In this document: in pieces, positions 1-11,589 of the stretch
Layout of the letters: each line of letters opens with the position of its first letter
Numbering within the stretch: the first letter of the stretch is position 1
Assembly (NCBI GenBank): GCA_016844925.1
Contig: JAERTI010000055.1
Span: 65,459 to 129,458 of the forward strand
From: Candidatus Uhrbacteria bacterium
GTDB lineage: Bacteria; Patescibacteriota; Patescibacteriia; UBA9934; GWF2-40-263
Reading direction: 5' to 3'
Length of the DNA: 64,000 nucleotides
Made by a program: the position numbers and the translations under genes
Notes under the pieces: model-generated
The model's input: only the letters and a program-made list of their open reading frames with translations
Told to the model about the DNA's origin: nothing
The model's database searches: none

Positions 1-900
1 TGTGCGTATTTGCAACGCTGTGCACCCGTCGCGGATGCAGGAACACCGGCTCGCCGGCCCTGACTGAAACGGCACGATTAGCAGACCATCCGGCACCCCT
101 ACGGGGCGCCAACCCAACATCAGAATCCCCCCTATCGCCAAGCAAGTTAGGGGAGATGAAAGAAGGTATGTCACGGTTCTACCGTCGACTAGGCTGCCGC
201 TTGAGGCGACAAAACCCTTCGGGATGAAGCCGCGTGAACACGCCGCAAGGCAGGTTCGCAAAGCTGATGAGATGCTGATCACCTCTCTTGGGAGATCTAG
301 GACGTAAACCGGTAGGAAGCATTCGGGGTCTAGGCCCTAGCAATCTCCTGCGCCCCCACTCGGCCGCTTCGGTGGCTGGACAGTGGAGAGCTGCAACCGG
401 GGACTGAAGTCCACCATGGTCAACCAAGGCCCTGCGAACAACTCACAGACGTGAAGTGGCAAAGAGTGAAAGCTCGGAGCCTCGTCGACGGAAGAAGCCT
501 CCCAGGCATCGACCAAAAGACAAACGGAGCTGACGTGAGCGACACCTAGATACACCAATCGAAGTGACACGTTCAAAGGAGCGGCGGAGATGGTCGAGGC
601 GACTGGAAGCGAGAAGAGGCTACCCACCCGGGAAGCGAAACACTCGCCAAGGACGTCTCACCACTCCGACCGTTGAGGACCCTAGCCCCACGGGGCACCC
701 CCTCCCTCCCTCGGACGCTCTCGGGCGTCCAACACACGAAGCGGAACCGCAAGGAGAAGCTTCACCTACACGGGAACGGTTGCGCAGCAACTGAACCCAC
801 GTCGCACGCCTCACGGCCGACCGACAACGCCTCGTCCGCAAGGACAACGCGCGGACCCAACGCTTTCGAGCAGGGTCCGTATTTCTTTTTCAAACGTTTT
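1..900 (+). ncRNA. GC-rich (~60%) ORF-free segment with many UUCG/GNRA-capped hairpins; candidate large structured RNA or decayed foreign DNA, identity unknown
   Basis: Only short overlapping ORFs are present on both strands. Tetraloop hairpins include cccttcggg, gccgcaaggc, ggccgcttcggtggc and gcgaaa. It ends in a terminator-like hairpin plus T-run just upstream of prmC. Confidence 0.3.
856..896 (+). terminator. Rho-independent terminator (GGACCC...GGGTCC stem followed by a T-rich tract)
   Basis: The sequence ggacccaacgctttcgagcagggtcc is followed by gtatttcttttt. Confidence 0.4.
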
Positions 901-932
901 GAACACAACCGCTTTTCTGTTAGGGTTCGATC

Positions 933-1844
933 ATGACCATTATGGAGGCCCTCCAATGGGCCAATAACAAGCTCAAAAAGGCTGGTGTTGAATCTCCCAT
1001 GCTTGATGCAGAGATTCTCCTGGCACATACCCTTGGCCAAAGTAAAGCCTGGCTCTTTTCTCATTTCAACGACAAGCTCAAGACCCACCACAACGAACGT
1101 TTTCATGAGCTCGTCGATCGACGAGCTCAGCGAGAGCCCGTGGCCTACCTCACAGGAAAACGAGCCTTCTACGGCCGTGACTTCCAAGTAAACGCCATGG
1201 TGCTGATCCCGCGTCCTGAAACGGAAACCATGGTCGACGCCGCTCTGCACACCCTTGAAGAACACGACCCAGAAAAAACGCTCATCTGCGACATCGGCAC
1301 GGGCTCTGGTGCTCTGGGGGTCACCCTCGCTGCAGAGACCTCACTCCCAGTCATTGCCATCGATGTCGACAAGCAAGCTCTCGCCGTTGCACAACGCAAC
1401 GCCCAAAACCTTGGCACTGCTGACAACATCGACTTCCAACACGGCTCCCTGGCCGAGCCACTCATTCGCATTTTCAAAACCATTCGTGGACAGAAGAAGG
1501 TAAAGACGTCATCGGTCTACCCCTTTAAGCATCTGCTCATCACCGCCAACCTCCCCTATCTTCCCGAGGGACGACTCGACTCTACAGAGCCAGAAGTGCA
1601 CGCCTTTGAGCCCCACCTCGCCCTCATCGCAGGCAGAGACGGCCTGGATGCGTACTTCGACCTCTTCCGTCAGCTGCGCGATAACCGCCACGTCCTCCCC
1701 CGCCGCCTGACCGTCCTGATCGAGATCGACCCAGAGCAACGACGCGGCGCCGAGAAGCTCATCACGCACAGCTTCCCCACGGCAATACTGTCCGTACACA
1801 AGGACCTACAAAAACTAGACCGCATCATAGAAGTCGAGCTCTAA
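933..1844 (+). CDS. prmC: Release-factor glutamine N5-methyltransferase (PrmC/HemK family)
   Basis: 303 aa. It has the SAM-binding motif DIGTGSGALG and an NPPY-like ITANLPYLPEG motif. Confidence 0.8.
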   Translation: MTIMEALQWANNKLKKAGVESPMLDAEILLAHTLGQSKAWLFSHFNDKLKTHHNERFHELVDRRAQREPVAYLTGKRAFYGRDFQVNAMVLIPRPETETMVDAALHTLEEHDPEKTLICDIGTGSGALGVTLAAETSLPVIAIDVDKQALAVAQRNAQNLGTADNIDFQHGSLAEPLIRIFKTIRGQKKVKTSSVYPFKHLLITANLPYLPEGRLDSTEPEVHAFEPHLALIAGRDGLDAYFDLFRQLRDNRHVLPRRLTVLIEIDPEQRRGAEKLITHSFPTAILSVHKDLQKLDRIIEVEL

Positions 1845-1847
1845 CGC

Positions 1848-1876
1848 TTGACTTTTGTCTTTTCTAAAGCAATACT
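1848..1876 (+). promoter_or_regulatory. Sigma70-like promoter of high-GC cassette I1 (TTGACT, 17-nt spacer, AATACT)
   Basis: The -35/-10 elements lie directly after the prmC stop and are followed by RBS gaaaggaagg and a GTG start. Confidence 0.4.
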
Positions 1877-1905
1877 CCAGTCGCCTCAACGAAAGGAAGG
1901 TTCCC

Positions 1906-2730
1906 GTGAACTCTCGTTCTTCGCTCTCGGAAACACCGTACAGATTCAAGTCCGCTTTCGATGCGTACCACCGTGCCTCGCGCGGCGAGTCGCTCACCAA
2001 CCTGCGCGAGCGACGTGGCAGTGCAGCCAAGAAGTGCCTGGGCTGGCTGACCACCATCGTCGTGGGGCTGGCCTGCGCCGCACTGCTGTTCGCCGGCCCC
2101 GAGCTGATCACCACGATCCAGGGCGAGAACCCGCCCATGGGACCAGCGATGGTTGGCATGGTCCTGATCATGACCTCCTTCATCTGCCTCCTCCACGGAG
2201 GTCTCTGGCTTCCGATCCGTCTGATCGAGCTGGGTCGACTCAGTTGGAAGCTCAGGGGCACCAAGAGCCTCACGCGAACGCCGCGAGAGGAGCTCGAGCT
2301 CCTGAACACCCTGCACCGACTCGCCGAGCAGGTCCGAAACTCCCGGCTCCTGATCTACTGGTGCGAGAGTCGCTTCGGTGTCTACGAGCGTCTTCGTGAC
2401 AGCGGTCAGGTGGAGCGCCACCCTGAGGAGCGAACCATCAAGCTCGGGATCGAGCGGCTCGTCCGCCAGGTCGAGGAAGAGACCCGCGCCGTCGACGGTC
2501 TGCTGATGACCCACAAGAGCACCACCAACGAGGAGCTCCAGGGACTGATCAACCAGATCAAGTCTCGTGAAGGTCTTCACACGGTCGGCACGCGACTGAT
2601 GCTGCTCTCCACCATGGACCCGACCACGCAGCACGACCACTACATCGCAGCCAACAAGTACGAATACCCCGGCGACCCCGCGATCGGTGAGCTCCTCCCG
2701 ATCCTGCAGACCCGCCTCAACTTCGCCTGA
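1906..2730 (+). CDS. High-GC ORFan membrane protein (2 predicted TM helices plus coiled cytoplasmic region), probably GTG start
   Basis: GC3 is about 90% in the + frame. It has a strong SD and the hydrophobic segments LGWLTTIVVGLACAALLF and MVGMVLIMTSFICLL. The antisense 308-aa ORF was rejected. Confidence 0.5.
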   Translation: MNSRSSLSETPYRFKSAFDAYHRASRGESLTNLRERRGSAAKKCLGWLTTIVVGLACAALLFAGPELITTIQGENPPMGPAMVGMVLIMTSFICLLHGGLWLPIRLIELGRLSWKLRGTKSLTRTPREELELLNTLHRLAEQVRNSRLLIYWCESRFGVYERLRDSGQVERHPEERTIKLGIERLVRQVEEETRAVDGLLMTHKSTTNEELQGLINQIKSREGLHTVGTRLMLLSTMDPTTQHDHYIAANKYEYPGDPAIGELLPILQTRLNFA

Positions 2731-2742
2731 ACACGTCAGGCC

Positions 2743-2768
2743 GACCCCACCCCTGGGGTCTTTTTTCT
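2743..2768 (+). terminator. Rho-independent terminator of cassette I1
   Basis: The hairpin gaccccacccctggggtc is followed by tttttt. Confidence 0.6.
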
Positions 2769-2775
2769 TCCCAAA

Positions 2776-2800
2776 CAAAAAACCGCCCACATGGGGCGGC
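2776..2800 (-). terminator. Rho-independent terminator for the minus-strand gene 2806..3900
   Basis: The minus strand reads ccgccccatgtgggcgg followed by tttttt. Confidence 0.55.
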
Positions 2801-2805
2801 TCCCT

Positions 2806-3900
2806 CTATTCAATTTCTATTGATCCCTCTCCTGGCACCACCTCAATCCATGTCACGCCAGCATTCATCACAACCTCTTCTTCACCAACATAGAACCTTA
2901 GACGCTCCGAGGCGCTCGGCTTCTCCCAACGCACCTCGATCACCTGGCCGTCCTGTAGCACGTACCCCTCCCCTTCACCGGTCGTACGAACCTCTCGGCG
3001 ACCAACGGAGTCGATGACGGATACGTCTGTGACAACTACAGCAATATTATCAGCTTCAATCCGCCCACCTTCATCTGTCACATGCGGCGCATCGAACTGC
3101 CAACGTTCATACCTTCCGGTTTCTGCGTTGTATTCCCAATCAACAGTATAAATCGGTGGGAAGAAATCGATATGAAGCGTTGATTCTGCCTCGGCAGGCT
3201 CTGGATCTTTAAACGTCCACAGGCCGTAGAGCCGCTCTGGGGCGACTCCCTGCTCCTCCCGAAGCTCGGAAAAAGCGAGTAGATTCTCACTCGAAGTAAA
3301 GACATTGTGTGGAGCGTATCGATCCGACGCGCGCCAGAAGTAACTCCCCCACCAGTACTGATTGAAATCGAATGTGCCCCCTGAGGCGATCAGGTCGAGC
3401 GCTGCGTTCGACCCACCAACGTGTGTGTAAAGTGCGTCGAGCTCATTGTTCCAATCAAGATAGTACGGACGCGCAGAGCGCACAGGACCAATCTTCTCTA
3501 GCTCCTGCTCTTCATGAAAAAATGCGAGCATGCGAGAGATCCCCGCCTCCACTGGCGCTTCCACAACCAGGAACGCCTCGTTGATTCCAGATGGCGGCCA
3601 GGCGTCTTCGTGATTGTCGATCATGACACCAAAGACACGCGGATAATCCGCAGGCTCTTCAGTCATTGAGACACCAGTTAATGGATGTTGATACATCACC
3701 ACATCCTCAACCGTATCCTGATCATCTGTTTGAGCACCCTCCGTCTCACCACGATAGACAAAATCCGGAAGGATCATTGCCACAAGAACACCAAGCACCA
3801 CCACAACCAGAAGACCGACGGACATTTGCCAGTCGGTCTTTTTCAAGCGCGTCTTTGCACGCTTGGTAGTCTTTTGTTCTTTCTTCTTTGAAGATGACAT
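2806..3900 (-). CDS. Membrane-anchored hypothetical protein (Lys-rich N-terminus, single TM, large extracytoplasmic domain)
   Basis: 364 aa. The N-terminus reads MSSSKKKEQKTTKRAK, followed by the TM segment VGLLVVVVLGVLVAMIL. Confidence 0.55.
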   Translation of the reverse strand: MSSSKKKEQKTTKRAKTRLKKTDWQMSVGLLVVVVLGVLVAMILPDFVYRGETEGAQTDDQDTVEDVVMYQHPLTGVSMTEEPADYPRVFGVMIDNHEDAWPPSGINEAFLVVEAPVEAGISRMLAFFHEEQELEKIGPVRSARPYYLDWNNELDALYTHVGGSNAALDLIASGGTFDFNQYWWGSYFWRASDRYAPHNVFTSSENLLAFSELREEQGVAPERLYGLWTFKDPEPAEAESTLHIDFFPPIYTVDWEYNAETGRYERWQFDAPHVTDEGGRIEADNIAVVVTDVSVIDSVGRREVRTTGEGEGYVLQDGQVIEVRWEKPSASERLRFYVGEEEVVMNAGVTWIEVVPGEGSIEIE

Positions 3901-3902
3901 GA

Positions 3903-4565
3903 TTATTCAGCAGCCTTCTCTTCACCCTCAGCCTTCTCTTCCCCTTCAGCAGGTGTCTCTGCACCAGCATCACCAACTGGCTCATCAAGTTCAGCCATCT
4001 GTTTTGCTGTTCGTGGCTTACTGACTCCAGCAATGGTCAAGTTTGCATCACCAACAATCTCCATACCCTCTGGAAGCTCGAGGTCTGATACGCGAATCAC
4101 GTCATCAAATGTTGCAAGCTTGGAAAGATCCACCTGAATGGAGCGAACAAGCTTCGATGGGAGCGCTCGGACATTCACGGTATCTCGTGACTGCATCAGA
4201 GTTCCACCCAATGCCTTCACGGCAGCAGACTCACCAACGAGCTCGAGAGTTACAACCGCCTCAATCTCCTTATCCATATCTACGGATCGGAAATCGATGT
4301 GGATCACCTCGTCGCGAAGTGGGTCCAACTGATAGTCGTGAATCAACACGTGAAGAGGCTGTGCCTCAGCAACCTTGAGCTCGATAACGGAACTCTCACC
4401 AGCGGCTTTGTAGGTTTTAATAAATTGGTTTCGATCAACAGTAATCGACTGTGGATCAGTTCCAGCACCGTACACAACAGCAGGAACAAGACCTTCTCCG
4501 CGCAATACGGATGTTTTTCGGCCCTTTTCTGCTCGTGCCTGCGCTTGCAAGGTAATTTGAGACAT
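3903..4565 (-). CDS. rplY: Ribosomal protein L25 / general stress protein Ctc with acidic C-terminal extension
   Basis: 220 aa. The sequence is L25/Ctc-like (KGRKTSVLRGEGLVPAVVYG) with an EEKAEGEEKA tail. Confidence 0.8.
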   Translation of the reverse strand: MSQITLQAQARAEKGRKTSVLRGEGLVPAVVYGAGTDPQSITVDRNQFIKTYKAAGESSVIELKVAEAQPLHVLIHDYQLDPLRDEVIHIDFRSVDMDKEIEAVVTLELVGESAAVKALGGTLMQSRDTVNVRALPSKLVRSIQVDLSKLATFDDVIRVSDLELPEGMEIVGDANLTIAGVSKPRTAKQMAELDEPVGDAGAETPAEGEEKAEGEEKAAE

Positions 4566-4617
4566 AAGATAAATTCGTAAGTAGCGGCGCTATTGTGCTT
4601 AAAAACGTCGAATACGT

Positions 4618-4652
4618 CAAGTCACAAACCGAAAGGCACGCCTTAGCGTGCC
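4618..4652. terminator. Bidirectional terminator hairpin (ggcacgc-ctta-gcgtgcc) with flanking T/A runs
   Basis: The hairpin lies between convergent genes. Confidence 0.5.
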
Positions 4653-5053
4653 TTTTCATTTTTCTTTGTTTGTCTGAGGCGTTTTCGAATCACTTTTGAG
4701 AGCTGCTCTCTATAAACTCTTCCCAGTGACTCTTCCCAGCCTGGCGCGTCCATCCATCGATGAACTTCGATCACATCGTCCAGTTCAACGGCTCGTTCAG
4801 ATCGAAATCGCAGGACATCCTCATAAGCCAGGTCTGTCAGAAGCCCGACAGAACTTGCTCCCACTTGATTCACGAGAACCAGAGCGAGGATAGAATTTTG
4901 GCACTTGCGACACGTGACGTGCAGGAGCTGTGTCTGCCCTTGCGTCCCAAGCATACGCGCCTCCATGGGGTTATAACGCGTCTCGCACACCGGACAGAAT
5001 GAAACAAGTTTGAGCCCTTCATTCCACCGATCAGAACCTTGTGTTGATGACAT
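4643..5053 (-). CDS. Small zinc-ribbon protein (CxxC...CxxC), hypothetical
   Basis: The likely start is MSSTQGSDRW. The zinc-ribbon motif is CPVCETRYNP...CRKCQN. Confidence 0.4.
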   Translation of the reverse strand: MSSTQGSDRWNEGLKLVSFCPVCETRYNPMEARMLGTQGQTQLLHVTCRKCQNSILALVLVNQVGASSVGLLTDLAYEDVLRFRSERAVELDDVIEVHRWMDAPGWEESLGRVYREQLSKVIRKRLRQTKKNEKAR

Positions 5054-5138
5054 ACGGCCAAGATAGATTTCTAAGAACGAGTCCCCACGAGAATGACGAG
5101 TGTAGCTCGCCCTCACTCACTAAAAACAATACCACGAC

Positions 5139-6269
5139 TCATCTGAGATGACTACCGCGCCCACGGATCGCCACAGACTGAATCACCGCGGCAAGAACCA
5201 GCATCACCACCAAGGAACTTCCTCCGTAACTTACGTACGGAAGTCCGATACCTGTCACGGGAAACAATCCGAGGTTCATGCCGACATTCACGAGAAATTG
5301 AAGAAAAATAACGATCCCGACTCCCAGAACAAGATACGCCGTAAAATCGTCAGACGCTCGCCGGGCCATTTGCCATAGACGGACAAACAACAGCGCGAAC
5401 GCCACCATAAGAAGACTAACTCCAAAGAACCCAAGCTCCTCGGCAATCACAGCAAAGATAAAGTCCGTCTGACTCTCAGGCAAAAACTTCAGCTGGCTCT
5501 GCGTTCCAAATCCAAGACCACTCCCAAACCATCCTCCAGAACCAATCGCAATGATCGCCTGCGTCACGTTATATCCCTGACCGAGCGGATCCAAACTTGG
5601 ATCCAAAAACGTGAGGATGCGAGCCTTCTGATACGCCGCAAAGAAATATTGCCAACTCAGATAAAACGCTCCGACCCCCACGGTTCCCATAAGAGCAATG
5701 TACCGCCACGGCATTCCCGCGAACATCATCACCATAATCCACAACCCCATCAACACTGACGCGGACCCAAAATCGGGCTGCATGAGAACCAAGACCACTG
5801 GTACGGCCGTAATGAGGCCACTCTGATACAGGCTCCGTAGACTGAATGGACGCACAGCCTTTCGTGAAAAATACGTTGCCAGAGCAATCACAAGCGACAC
5901 CTTCATGAGCTCCACGGGCTGGAAGCTCACTGGCCCTAAAACAAACCACCCCGTGGAGCCACGAATCGTATTTCCAAACACCAACACGGCCGCAAGCAAT
6001 CCATTGCACAGGACATAGAATGCCAAGGAATAATTCTGGAGTGATTTGTAATTCGAAAGAGCGATGACAAGAAAGGCCGCTCCCCCCACTGCCATAGCAA
6101 TAAGCTGCTTTTTTACATTAAGAAAACTCCCTGATGCCTGAGAAAGCTCCACGGAATAAATCGCACTGAGCCCAAGGGCCAGCAAGGCAAACAAGGCCAA
6201 CAAAAATAACCAGTCCGCGCTACGCAGCTGGCCAATCCTCCGCACCATCGTGAGTGATCGTAGGTTCAT
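5139..6269 (-). CDS. ftsW: FtsW/RodA/SpoVE-family peptidoglycan glycosyltransferase
   Basis: This is a multi-TM SEDS-family protein. The real start is possibly the internal MVRR at 6248. Confidence 0.8.
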   Translation of the reverse strand: MNLRSLTMVRRIGQLRSADWLFLLALFALLALGLSAIYSVELSQASGSFLNVKKQLIAMAVGGAAFLVIALSNYKSLQNYSLAFYVLCNGLLAAVLVFGNTIRGSTGWFVLGPVSFQPVELMKVSLVIALATYFSRKAVRPFSLRSLYQSGLITAVPVVLVLMQPDFGSASVLMGLWIMVMMFAGMPWRYIALMGTVGVGAFYLSWQYFFAAYQKARILTFLDPSLDPLGQGYNVTQAIIAIGSGGWFGSGLGFGTQSQLKFLPESQTDFIFAVIAEELGFFGVSLLMVAFALLFVRLWQMARRASDDFTAYLVLGVGIVIFLQFLVNVGMNLGLFPVTGIGLPYVSYGGSSLVVMLVLAAVIQSVAIRGRGSHLR

Positions 6270-6272
6270 AGG

Positions 6273-7220
6273 CTACCGGAAGACTCGAGTACGCGTGTCG
6301 CGCGTACTCTCCCCCTCAAGTGCCTTGTACGTATCAAGATCAAAAAGGTCAAGCTCGACCACCACCTCAACGTCCCCAACGGACGGCAATGCTCCGAACC
6401 AATTTAAGACCACCTCCTTACTTACACCACTATCTAAATCTGTCAGCGTCGTCCGATTCACCCCCACAACAGAATCTCCCTTTTTCAGAAGAACATAGAA
6501 AACAGGGTCGTAATAACTAAATGCCGTGGCATTCTCAAGCGTAAACGAAGTACGACCAAAAATCGTGTCATCAAATCTGGTCTCTTTGCTATAGACAAGA
6601 TCGCTCACAATAATATTGAGACGATCTGACGACCACTCCTGATAATCATTCACTACATGATGATCCACGCGACGCCAACGCACATCTTCTATAGAAAGCG
6701 TTGCTTCTGTAATCGGCACATCAGACTCCACGGCCAAATCCACTACGGGTTTTGTTTCTCCTGGAAGAATAAACCCCTCATGAACCTCACCATTCTCGAG
6801 GTCGGTATCAAACGAATACGTAAACTCCGCCCACCAGTCAGCATTAGGATTGATAAGCGATGCATACAAATCATACGTACCGCCCCCTGTAGAAAACACC
6901 TTCTCACGATCCACATCCAAATCCTCCGCGGCATTGGCAACCGTGTACGCATGCAGGTCAGCCTGCCCATACGCCACCATCTTCGCTACCGCCAATTGCT
7001 CATCCCCATAACTAATCGCAAACGCATCAAGAAGATGCCATCCACCAAACAAAAGAAGTCCTGTATCAACCGCAATGAACAGCCCGATGGCCAATCGTTT
7101 AATCTGCGCACGGTGACTCACCCACCACAGAGAAAACCGATACTGACGCTCTGTTTCTTTTTCCTCTTCTAGGAGTAATCCTCCATCTTCCATACGATAA
7201 AAGTATACCACGAGATCCAC
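6273..7220 (-). CDS. Hypothetical membrane-anchored protein
   Basis: 315 aa. It has an N-terminal TM segment (LAIGLFIAVDTGLLLFGGW). It lies directly upstream of ftsW on the same strand. Confidence 0.5.
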   Translation of the reverse strand: MDLVVYFYRMEDGGLLLEEEKETERQYRFSLWWVSHRAQIKRLAIGLFIAVDTGLLLFGGWHLLDAFAISYGDEQLAVAKMVAYGQADLHAYTVANAAEDLDVDREKVFSTGGGTYDLYASLINPNADWWAEFTYSFDTDLENGEVHEGFILPGETKPVVDLAVESDVPITEATLSIEDVRWRRVDHHVVNDYQEWSSDRLNIIVSDLVYSKETRFDDTIFGRTSFTLENATAFSYYDPVFYVLLKKGDSVVGVNRTTLTDLDSGVSKEVVLNWFGALPSVGDVEVVVELDLFDLDTYKALEGESTRDTRTRVFR

Positions 7221-7256
7221 CTATGTGGGCTTGGAATTCGCCTCCAAATCATGTAA

Positions 7257-9389
<2,133 letters not shown>

Positions 9390-9395
9390 AAAGGA

Positions 9396-9422
9396 CACAG
9401 GGTCACTTGACCCTGTTTTTTA
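9396..9422. terminator. Bidirectional terminator after gyrB (cagggtca-ct-tgaccctg plus T-run), a member of the AAAACAGGG...CCCTGTTTT family
   Basis: It is a perfect 8-bp stem with a T6 run. Confidence 0.7.
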
Positions 9423-9900
9423 TTTGCGGTAAATAATTTCGTCGTACGAGGGCTGTTCTGTCCAAAAGGACGATAGCGACCGTGAACGATCCCCCGCTCA
9501 ACGAACCCCATCTTGCCTTCGGGCGTTCCTAGAGGTGTTGAGCCCCCTGCCGAGCGAGATGACCTATGTACTGACGCTTCGGGACATGCTCGGCCCCACC
9601 GTCTGACGGTATTCGAGGTGCCGCAAGGCACGAAGCAGATTGTCAGACCCCCACGGCCAACGTAAAGGAGCAAAGACGAAAGTCGCTTCATGTCTTGTTG
9701 GCCCCACTGCTCGACGACACAACAGGTGCCCCACGGGCGATCCTAAATCTGTCGAGCCACCGCCTGACGATACTTCACCTGTGCCCCGCCACGAGTGGTC
9801 TCTTGTCAGACTCCTGATAGACGAGCATCTCCATGTCCTCAAACGGCGTGCTTGCTGTCTCTCCCCACCCCTTAAGGGTGGTTTTTTCTTTGATCTAATC
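9421..9900 (+). repeat. Structured noncoding module M1 (copy 1 of 3)
   Basis: It contains the CCCCC-GCTCAAC...GTTGAGC-CCCCC hairpin and the GTGTTGAGCCCCCTGCCGAGCGAGATGAC box. It has UUCG/GCAA tetraloops and the terminal hairpin ccccaccccttaagggtgg followed by tttttt. It is homologous to 11590..11965 and 12484..12665. Confidence 0.55.
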
Positions 9901-9901
9901 A

Positions 9902-9930
9902 TTGACAACCCAACCTAAACCCCCTAATCT
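9902..9930 (+). promoter_or_regulatory. Sigma70-like promoter (TTGACA, 17-nt spacer, TAATCT) for the 540-aa gene
   Basis: It has a perfect -35 and is followed by RBS aaaggag. Confidence 0.45.
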
Positions 9931-9966
9931 CCCCTGTCGCCCAAAACGCGACTAAAGGAGCCGCTG

Positions 9967-11589
9967 ATGTCCCGGTTCATCGGAATCAGGCATCGCGTGA
10001 AGAAGACCGCAGATGGTGAGGCAAGGCCGACCCTCCTGCATGTCTTGGAAACGGGAAAGACGCACGAACTGGAAGATGACAACGCTGAGCTGGACTGGGT
10101 CCGGGGAACCTTCCCCACGGCCTGGCGCCCCATCAAGGAAGAAGACGACCTGAGCGAGATCAACCCCCGCCACCTCAAGTGGCGGACGGTTCGCAAGACG
10201 GATGATGTCTCACAGGTGGATCCGGCGCGCTTGCGCACGGTCAAGGGCAAGCGGCAGATCGCCATCAAGATGCCCAGTGCCTTCGACGGCCTGCGCAAGG
10301 GCGATGTGGTCGCCATGAGCTTGGGAGGATCGGGAGACCGACTCGCCTTCGCTCTGTCCAAGACGGCTGAAGAGGTCGGCAGCACTGTGCTTCGCCTTCC
10401 CCCCGCTACGCTCAAGGAGCGCCGCGGAGAGGAAGAGAAAGCGCATGACGCCCAGCTGCTCGCCAAGCTCGCACAAGACGAACCCAACCTCTTCCACGAG
10501 GTCACGACCGTCAGCCGCAGCATCATCATGGTGCGCGAGCGGCAGTCCAGGCGCATGGATGCCATGAAGGCCCGCATCGCCTGCGAGCAGCGTCTGCGCC
10601 AGACCTTCATCGGTCAGGTGTTCTGCACCGACGACGCGTTCGACGAGCTCGACATCGAGGCCAAGTTCACGGCCATGAAGGCCAGCGACCGGATCCTCGG
10701 CGTCCTCGTGGACGAAGAGAAGGCTCGGATCAAGGAACTGGACCGCGCGGTGAAGTCCACCGGTGTGTGGAAGCACATCCTGGACGACGTCACGGGCGTG
10801 GGCCCAGCAATTGCCGGCCGACTCATCAGTGCCATCGGCAACATCGAACGATTCATGATCGAGCCGGACCAGCGTGTCATGGACGAGCTGTACCAGCGAA
10901 GCGTACGACTTGAGCGCGAAGGTGACTTCGAGGGGCTCAAGAAGTACGTCAAGCAGGGAGACAGCAACTTCCAGACCCTGCAGCGCGCCGCCTCATGGTG
11001 CGCGAAGAACAACCGCCCCGTTCAGTCCGCCCTGCTGGAAGAAGCCGTCGAGTGCCACCGCCAGCGCTCACAACTCCGACACAGGGCCCGCAAGAAGGGT
11101 CAGGCCAAGCTCAAGGCGTTCTGCGGTGTCCACCTGGTGGTCAGCGCTGAGTGCACGAGCTGCCTGCGCCGGTTCTCCGAGAGTGCCATGCAAATCAAGG
11201 GAACGGACAAGTTCCGCACCGACTGCCCCGCCTGCGGTGGTGCCATCCACTGGAAGGGCTTGCTCCCGCGCAACACCAAGGGGCGCGTGAGTAACTGGCA
11301 TCCGGATGCTCGTCAGGCGCTGTACCTGCTCTCCAAGGAGCAGTTTGTGCGCCAGAAGGACCGCACCCGTTGGGGCAAGATGGTCCTGGAATACAAGCGC
11401 AAGCTGCGCGTGAAGCATCCCGAACCGGTTCAGGCCGGCGAAAGGTTGCTCTGGACCAATGGCATGGTGCACTCCACTGCCTGCTGGAAGACGGCCACCA
11501 AGTTCACCGAGTGGCTCTACGACCAATGGTCCGATCTGGCCCGCAAGCAAAAGCTCGCCGCGGCCCGAGCACGAGCCCGCCGCCGATAG
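9967..11589 (+). CDS. IS110-family-like (DEDD/HhH Tnp_20) recombinase homolog with a C-terminal zinc-ribbon insert; high-GC
   Basis: The HhH motif VTGVGPAIAGRLISAIGNIERF matches the IS110 IPGIGxxTAAxLLAEIGDIxRF. RRMDAMKARIA resembles the IS110 KTDxxDAxxIA segment, and KLKAFCGVHL resembles QLAAYAGLxP. The first catalytic Asp appears to be replaced (MSLGGSG). Cys clusters CTSC...CPACGG are present. Confidence 0.45.
   Translation: MSRFIGIRHRVKKTADGEARPTLLHVLETGKTHELEDDNAELDWVRGTFPTAWRPIKEEDDLSEINPRHLKWRTVRKTDDVSQVDPARLRTVKGKRQIAIKMPSAFDGLRKGDVVAMSLGGSGDRLAFALSKTAEEVGSTVLRLPPATLKERRGEEEKAHDAQLLAKLAQDEPNLFHEVTTVSRSIIMVRERQSRRMDAMKARIACEQRLRQTFIGQVFCTDDAFDELDIEAKFTAMKASDRILGVLVDEEKARIKELDRAVKSTGVWKHILDDVTGVGPAIAGRLISAIGNIERFMIEPDQRVMDELYQRSVRLEREGDFEGLKKYVKQGDSNFQTLQRAASWCAKNNRPVQSALLEEAVECHRQRSQLRHRARKKGQAKLKAFCGVHLVVSAECTSCLRRFSESAMQIKGTDKFRTDCPACGGAIHWKGLLPRNTKGRVSNWHPDARQALYLLSKEQFVRQKDRTRWGKMVLEYKRKLRVKHPEPVQAGERLLWTNGMVHSTACWKTATKFTEWLYDQWSDLARKQKLAAARARARRR

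Noticed and set aside
262-290. gctgatcacctctctt resembling the 16S rRNA 3' end (GGATCACCTCCTT)
   Set aside because: It is a short isolated similarity. No other 16S or 23S signature sequences occur nearby.
1-930. Assignment of the GC-rich segment as tmRNA, SRP RNA, RNase P RNA or 23S rRNA
   Set aside because: I could not find the tag-peptide ORF, SRP domain IV (AGGUCAGG...GGAAGCAGC), RNase P CR-I/CR-V (AGGAAAGUCC, ACAGAA...CGGCUUA) or the 23S sarcin-ricin or peptidyl-transferase signatures. It is left as an unassigned candidate RNA.
1864-2790. 308-aa ORF on the minus strand overlapping the high-GC cassette gene
   Set aside because: It is an antisense artefact of high GC. Its composition is Leu/Gly/Arg/Val-rich, there is no RBS or promoter, and the plus-strand frame has about 90% GC3, an SD and TM helices.
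6657-7172. 171-aa plus-strand ORF inside the minus-strand membrane protein gene
   Set aside because: It has an odd His/Arg/Ile-rich composition and no start signals. It is fully nested antisense.
9967-11589. Interpretation of the 540-aa protein as TnpB, Cas12 or IscB
   Set aside because: Those families lack the GIGP-type helix-hairpin-helix seen here. The HhH and flanking similarities favour the IS110 family.
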